DNA of 51,075 nt, from sequence record PZ871099.1; one strand, given 5' to 3'. Made by a program: the position numbers and the translations under genes. Each line of letters starts with the position of its first letter. Position 1 is the stretch's first letter. Under the pieces are notes generated by a model. It searched no databases, had not been told where the DNA came from, and saw only the letters and a program-made list of their open reading frames with translations. The DNA is from a phage. Positions 46,411-51,075 of this stretch are shown one piece after another.

Positions 46411-46674
46411 ATGGCTAACAAGATCGAATTTTTTAAAGCGGTAGACATTATTGATGGCGCTCCGAGCTTCTTTGCGATCCATTCTATTGACGGCAAGGAT
46501 ATTGGGTATAACGTTATCCTTAGCGATGGAGTATCAAAACTTAGTGACCTGGTGGGTCGAGTTGCGTCAGACGGCAAATGCTCATGCCCCGATTCGCAAC
46601 GAGAGCCACGCCGCCGCGACATGGTAGAGCCTGTTCTGCTTTACACCCTGGTAGTAGAAGGAGAAAATAAATGA
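46411..46674 (+). CDS. hypothetical protein
   Basis: 87 aa. Confidence 0.3.
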   Translation: MANKIEFFKAVDIIDGAPSFFAIHSIDGKDIGYNVILSDGVSKLSDLVGRVASDGKCSCPDSQREPRRRDMVEPVLLYTLVVEGENK

Positions 46675-46856
46675 TTTGGTTACTTGCTTTTTTGGTTGTT
46701 TTTCTTTACATTTCAGGCTTGTTTACGTTCCGCGCGTTGGTGAAATATTCTGACGCGACAGACAAAGACGATAAAATCGTTCTCGCTTTCTGGTTTGTTT
46801 GGGTGTGGTTAGCAATTTACGAGATCATCAGAGACAAACAGAAATTTGAGTGGTGA
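46671..46856 (+). CDS. small membrane protein (putative)
   Basis: 61 aa, two hydrophobic helices. Confidence 0.3.
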   Translation: MIWLLAFLVVFLYISGLFTFRALVKYSDATDKDDKIVLAFWFVWVWLAIYEIIRDKQKFEW

Positions 46857-46865
46857 TTCTTGCTA

Positions 46866-46892
46866 TGGCGCATTCATGCAGTGCGCCATTTT
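46866..46892 (+). terminator. terminator-like hairpin
   Basis: ATGGCGCAttcatgcagTGCGCCAT plus TTTTG. Confidence 0.5.
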
Positions 46893-46912
46893 GAGAAAAC
46901 CTAAAGGGGGAA

Positions 46913-47065
46913 ATGATGCGTAACTTTGAAAAAATCATTACCAAAAAGAAGCGTCGCGGGTACGATGAGCATGTGGAGCTTGTGAAAAAGCAACGCAAGA
47001 AGCGCAACGAAGACAAGAAGCGTGGGAAAAAATTTAATGCGATTTTTCGCTATGGAGATCATTAA
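46913..47065 (+). CDS. small highly basic protein (putative)
   Basis: 50-aa Lys/Arg-rich ORF not in the track. Confidence 0.25.
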   Translation: MMRNFEKIITKKKRRGYDEHVELVKKQRKKRNEDKKRGKKFNAIFRYGDH

Positions 47066-47067
47066 TC

Positions 47068-47658
47068 ATGAAACGAGACATTATCATCCTTAATGGGCCG
47101 CCAGGTTGCGGGAAGGACACTATTGCAGCTTACCTAACGGGCCATCGTTACCCTGCTGTAAAGGCGTCATTCAAACAGCCGATGTTCGATATTGCTTTTT
47201 CTATGCTTGGCGTGTACCGATACGATGAATTTATGGACCTGTACAACGACCGAGAGCAAAAAGAAAAGCCTCAAGTTATCTTGGGCGGCAAGTCACCTCG
47301 ACAATTCATGATCTGGATTAGCGAGGATGTAATGAAGCCAGTTTTTGGGGATCACTATTTCGGGCGTCGAATGGTTGAAGAGATTCACGAGATGTACCGA
47401 GATTTGGCGGTTGTGATCAGTGATGGCGGATTCCCCGAAGAAATCAAGCCGCTCGTTAAGGCGGGGCATGAGGTGCATATTTGCCGATTGCATCGCGACG
47501 GCTTCACGTTTGCTGGCGATTCGAGAGACTACATTGACCTGAGCGGTTATCACTATCGAATCCATCACTATGATTTCCACTTGCAGGACGGAAAGCCGGA
47601 ACTGGCTGTAAGCGAGATCGTCAATGCAGTCAAATGGAAGCACACACAGATTAAATAG
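47068..47658 (+). CDS. P-loop kinase (dNMP kinase-like, putative)
   Basis: Walker A ILNGPPGCGKDT at the N-terminus. Confidence 0.5.
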   Translation: MKRDIIILNGPPGCGKDTIAAYLTGHRYPAVKASFKQPMFDIAFSMLGVYRYDEFMDLYNDREQKEKPQVILGGKSPRQFMIWISEDVMKPVFGDHYFGRRMVEEIHEMYRDLAVVISDGGFPEEIKPLVKAGHEVHICRLHRDGFTFAGDSRDYIDLSGYHYRIHHYDFHLQDGKPELAVSEIVNAVKWKHTQIK

Positions 47659-47674
47659 CACGAATTGCTAAACG
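47654..47674 (+). promoter_or_regulatory. conserved intergenic motif copy, GAATTG variant
   Basis: AATAGCACGAATTGCTAAAC, hairpin GCGGGGttatcgGCCCCGC, then TATAAT. Confidence 0.55.
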
Positions 47675-47728
47675 CGGGGTTATCGGCCCCGCTATAATGC
47701 TTGCATCAACAATCAAGAGGAAATCACA

Positions 47729-48109
47729 ATGGTTAACATCCGAAAAATCCGCGTCGGCACTAAATTCTTAGTTACTTATGCCATTCCAGATAGCGGAATG
47801 AAGAAGGGCCAGATTGTTAAGGTTGATAGCAAAAGATTCGGAATCCCTGGTATCAATGGCTATCTAATCAATAAAGATCTTGGATTTGACGGATTCGCCA
47901 TCCGTGCGCTTGAGGGTATTGTTGCCACTCTTAAACGAATCACTAATCATCGCGGTTGTCCAATCAAGACGATTAAAGCGCCAATAAATTACGGCAAACT
48001 GGATAATCGTCGAATCCGCCGCCTGGCGCGTAACGCGTTAAAATTCCGTGGCGTAGGCGATGATTTCTACTATGGATACAAGAGGATTGCGCGCAATGCT
48101 GGGAAATAA
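47729..48109 (+). CDS. hypothetical protein
   Basis: 126 aa, basic C-terminus. Confidence 0.3.
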   Translation: MVNIRKIRVGTKFLVTYAIPDSGMKKGQIVKVDSKRFGIPGINGYLINKDLGFDGFAIRALEGIVATLKRITNHRGCPIKTIKAPINYGKLDNRRIRRLARNALKFRGVGDDFYYGYKRIARNAGK

Positions 48110-48208
48110 CAATAACGCAACGAATCCTAAGCCACCTTTTGATTTTCATTCCGCAATGATTGCGGTATTATCAATGCTACTTTTTCTTTATAGCATGAGG
48201 GCGCTACT

Positions 48209-48457
48209 ATGGTTTTTAACGCATTGAAACGACTGTTTAAGCCGGAATACCGGATCGTATTTTGCCGCGACTGTTCTACTTATCATGTGCAGCGACGCAG
48301 CTTAGGCGGCAATTGGCACTATGTTACAGACGACTTTTTCGGCATCATTGCCACTGAATTTAAGTATTACAGTGATGCTTATATGTACGTGAAGAAGCGC
48401 CACCGCTTACGCAAGTGTCGTTTTTCCGTGCTGATTCACGTTAATGATTGTTACTGA
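48209..48457 (+). CDS. hypothetical protein
   Basis: 82 aa, Cys-containing. Confidence 0.25.
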   Translation: MVFNALKRLFKPEYRIVFCRDCSTYHVQRRSLGGNWHYVTDDFFGIIATEFKYYSDAYMYVKKRHRLRKCRFSVLIHVNDCY

Positions 48458-48464
48458 GGTGAAA

Positions 48465-48647
48465 ATGAAAACTGGTATTATTATTCTTTTCCTGATCCTT
48501 TTCGGTAGCCATTTAACCATTAACTATGAGGGTATTATGGCCTTTTGGGGCAACTTGATGATTTTTGCCGCTGGTTCAATTACTGGCTACTCTGACGGGA
48601 AAAAGGACGGCGTTCGCAAGATGCTGATGGGACTTAAACAAAAATAA
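48465..48647 (+). CDS. small membrane protein (putative)
   Basis: Start at MKTGIIILF after RBS GAGGTGA. Confidence 0.3.
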   Translation: MKTGIIILFLILFGSHLTINYEGIMAFWGNLMIFAAGSITGYSDGKKDGVRKMLMGLKQK

Positions 48648-48658
48648 GGGGATCTGAA

Positions 48659-48949
48659 ATGGCAAACAAAACTTACCGCAAACTACTGGTTAACGCTTTT
48701 GAAAACATCGCGCAGTGTAACAAGTGGAACGACTCTAAACACTCGCCAGTCACAATGAAGCGCGCCGGATTCAAAAATGCTCGTTCATGGGCGAGAGCTT
48801 TCGCAGCTTGCTATATGCCGGATGGTGGACTAGGAGCGATGAACGATTTTTTGATCAACATGATAGAGGAAGCTGCGCGAGAGGATCGACCGCTGACACA
48901 GCGAGATTTTGATGATTTCGCGCGCGATGAGCTTTACTATCTGGGCTAA
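48659..48949 (+). CDS. hypothetical protein
   Basis: 96 aa. Confidence 0.3.
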   Translation: MANKTYRKLLVNAFENIAQCNKWNDSKHSPVTMKRAGFKNARSWARAFAACYMPDGGLGAMNDFLINMIEEAAREDRPLTQRDFDDFARDELYYLG

Positions 48950-48968
48950 TAGCACTTTTTGTTAAAAC
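48948..48968 (+). promoter_or_regulatory. conserved intergenic motif copy
   Basis: Hairpin AAGGGCAtttggtaaagTGCCCTT. Confidence 0.55.
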
Positions 48969-49024
48969 TTCCGCAAGGGCATTTGGTAAAGTGCCCTTAT
49001 TGAAGCGAAACAGAGGAAAGCGCA

Positions 49025-49237
49025 ATGAAAATCAAAATCACCAAAATCGACACTATCAACGGCGACGGATCAATCACTCTTGAGCAATGCGGTTTGGTTG
49101 TTGGTGATGTGCTGGAAGTTGACGGTCATTTCAGCGACGGATCTTATTGTGTTATTGCGCCGCGTAACAGCGAGTTTATCAAGGCTGGCGACAATATTAG
49201 TGTTAACCATGACGAATGCGAGGTAGTGGAAGAATGA
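49025..49237 (+). CDS. hypothetical protein
   Basis: 70 aa. Confidence 0.3.
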   Translation: MKIKITKIDTINGDGSITLEQCGLVVGDVLEVDGHFSDGSYCVIAPRNSEFIKAGDNISVNHDECEVVEE

Positions 49238-49497
49238 TCACGATTAACCTGTCAGAGCAGCAAGCGCGCATTATGTTAGCGGCCTTTGGCTGGCGAGATG
49301 ATGACGGCATCCAGGCAACGGTTAAAATTCCTGAGCCAGTGGCGCGTGAAGTTTTCAGCCAGCTAGAACACGCATTTGATCCTGCTGGGACTGAGCAAGC
49401 GGAAACTGCCGCATGGTTCGGAGAGAACGGATACAGAGATCAGCAAGTCGAAAACTGGAAGCGCATAAACGAGACTATGGAGGAATCAGGTTTATGA
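49234..49497 (+). CDS. hypothetical protein
   Basis: Start at MITINLS, ATGA overlap. Confidence 0.3.
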   Translation: MITINLSEQQARIMLAAFGWRDDDGIQATVKIPEPVAREVFSQLEHAFDPAGTEQAETAAWFGENGYRDQQVENWKRINETMEESGL

Positions 49498-49566
49498 TTT
49501 ACATTCACTACTACCAAATCGGAACTAACGAGAACAAAAAAAGAGCATCGTTTCATCCACGATGAT

Positions 49567-49809
49567 TTGGACAAGGCAAAGGCCCAGCAACAGGTTTTAG
49601 GCGGCGTCATTCAGGCTTTTGAGCCTGTAGAAGATATTGAGTACCGCGAGCATTTAAAAGATGTTGTTATTGATGAGATCTCTTGCTTGATTGATGATAT
49701 GACAAATCACGGCCCTGGTTCCCCGTGGGAAGATGCAGGATCTGTAACGTGGGATAAGGCCAAAGTTAAGACGCTAAACAACTTTCGAGAGATTCTCGAC
49801 GGTTTTTAA
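49567..49809 (+). CDS. hypothetical acidic protein
   Basis: 80 aa. Confidence 0.25.
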   Translation: MDKAKAQQQVLGGVIQAFEPVEDIEYREHLKDVVIDEISCLIDDMTNHGPGSPWEDAGSVTWDKAKVKTLNNFREILDGF

Positions 49810-49879
49810 TTAAAAACGCATAGCCGTTAGAGCGCCTCAATCGCATTCTAACGAGCTATTTTTCTGGTAAGGTGATTTA

Positions 49880-50008
49880 ATGGATGAGTACAAACAACCT
49901 TCGCAGTGGTGCAAAGAGAAGCAAGAAGAGGCACTGGAGCGCGGAGATGTGGAAGAAGCTATGAACTATTTCAAACTTGCGGAAGAATGGAAGGGGAGAG
50001 GATACTGA
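49880..50008 (+). CDS. hypothetical small protein
   Basis: 42-aa ORF not in the track; stop overlaps next ATG. Confidence 0.25.
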   Translation: MDEYKQPSQWCKEKQEEALERGDVEEAMNYFKLAEEWKGRGY

Positions 50009-50238
50009 TGTTCGGCATGAATGAGGCGCAATTCAACGCAGCTAAACGCCAGGCTAAAAAGTGCGGCGAGGCGATGAAAGCGGATGTGGAAAAGCGCGGG
50101 AAGTATGTTGATGAAGTAATGAAGGGCATCATTGCAGAACACTACCAGCCAATCGCGCCAATGTTGACGATCACTCAATTCATTTGGCTATGTGGTTACT
50201 TGCGTGGACGTTGGGGGAACGCTTTCGACAGGGAATGA
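50008..50238 (+). CDS. hypothetical protein
   Basis: Trimmed from track ORF 49906..50238 to MFGMNEAQ. Confidence 0.3.
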   Translation: MFGMNEAQFNAAKRQAKKCGEAMKADVEKRGKYVDEVMKGIIAEHYQPIAPMLTITQFIWLCGYLRGRWGNAFDRE

Positions 50239-50400
50239 TTAACAACTCTTTCCTGATTGGTTAGCATGGCGTCGTTTACATAAGAGCGGCTTAGTCCGAA
50301 CGCGTGACGCGATAGTCACACAACAACGGCGATATGCAGGAGGTTTTTGCAATGCAAAATAATCCGTAAGACGTATCGCCTTTTTTAATGGAGATCCAAA

Positions 50401-50634
50401 ATGATTAAATACAAATTAACCGTTTCTTTCCGTGATACCGTTATCCATCCTTTCTACAATAGCTTTGTTAACAGCTTTACAGTAGAAGCGACAGAGGATC
50501 AGCTAGACGGTGACGAAACTTGCATTTCTATTGGAAATGTTGCTTACCCGATTCACAACATTACCAGCATTAAGCGTGAGGTTGTCGCTGATGAATTACA
50601 AAGTGAAGATGACGATCCGGCGAATGGGGCGTAA
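50401..50634 (+). CDS. hypothetical protein
   Basis: 77 aa; terminator-like hairpin and RBS GGAG upstream. Confidence 0.3.
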   Translation: MIKYKLTVSFRDTVIHPFYNSFVNSFTVEATEDQLDGDETCISIGNVAYPIHNITSIKREVVADELQSEDDDPANGA

Positions 50635-50772
50635 TTGCCAATCATGCAAACAGGAATATGAATGCGTAGTTGATGCTCTTGATGAACTGGAAGCAGTAGC
50701 AAAAGCAAAAGAGCAATCGGGCGCTAATCCTGAAACACATCAATTTTCAATTAACCTTGTGAGGGCTTTACA

Positions 50773-50997
50773 ATGATCGCATTATCTTTCTGCATTGGTT
50801 TTATCATGGCTATCATTATCTTTTCCGTTGTCATGCGCTTTGCTTATAAGTTCGTTATTAATAAAGGCTGGTACGCTTCTGCAATCTGGAGCGAAAAACA
50901 AAAGAAATGGCTTGTACGTGGTCAATACCTGATGATCGGCAGCAAGATCCTAAATTCCATTCGAGCCAAAGATGGAAAAGTAAAATATACAGCTTAA
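50773..50997 (+). CDS. membrane protein (putative)
   Basis: N-terminal transmembrane helix; strong terminator follows. Confidence 0.3.
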   Translation: MIALSFCIGFIMAIIIFSVVMRFAYKFVINKGWYASAIWSEKQKKWLVRGQYLMIGSKILNSIRAKDGKVKYTA

Positions 50998-51002
50998 AAA
51001 TT

Positions 51003-51027
51003 ACCCGCCGCACGGCGGGTTTTTTAT
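51003..51027 (+). terminator. rho-independent terminator at the window end
   Basis: ACCCGCCGcacgGCGGGT plus TTTTTT. Confidence 0.8.
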
Positions 51028-51038
51028 TGCCCGTTGTC

Positions 51039-51047
51039 TGGTATAAT
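51039..51047 (+). promoter_or_regulatory. extended -10 promoter element (TGgTATAAT) upstream of terS across the permuted ends
   Basis: Read directly, followed by RBS AAGGAGG at the window end. Confidence 0.4.
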
Positions 51048-51075
51048 CAGGAATCTAACTAAAGGAGGATTAATA

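Overview
The window reads as a complete or near-complete virulent siphophage genome of the T1-like (Drexlerviridae-type) kind, linearised at the small terminase gene. This assignment is inference from gene content and order; no database search was run. Layout: 1-21 kb (+) packaging, head and tail morphogenesis, including a lambda-like G/GT -1 frameshift, tape measure, L/K/I/J-like tail tip genes and an inserted HNH endonuclease; 20.5-21.8 kb (-) a lipoprotein cassette; 22.2-24.5 kb (+) a recombination module (nuclease, annealing protein, SSB); 24.5-27.2 kb (-) a tail fiber with a C-terminal intramolecular chaperone; 27.3-35.2 kb replication and modification genes (primase, SF2 helicase, VRR-NUC, Dam, an HTH-metallophosphoesterase fusion) and a lysis cassette (holin, SAR endolysin, unimolecular spanin); 35.3-42.0 kb (-) and 42.7-51.0 kb (+) two clusters of small early or accessory genes. 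No integrase, repressor, tRNA or CRISPR array was seen. The most unusual signals are non-coding: a roughly 21-bp element (AATAGCACTTTTTGTTAAAAC) present in at least 21 copies with a fixed 22-nt spacer to a -10-like box; a duplicated GT/AT-rich leader module upstream of the two canonical sigma70 promoters; and a TAATCA iteron-like array. Protein candidates worth follow-up are a compact C5-methyltransferase-like gene, a P-loop ATPase operon, the HTH-phosphoesterase fusion and the lipoprotein cassette. All protein calls rest on motifs read by eye from the translations. Coordinates of non-ORF features are approximate (+/- 2 nt).
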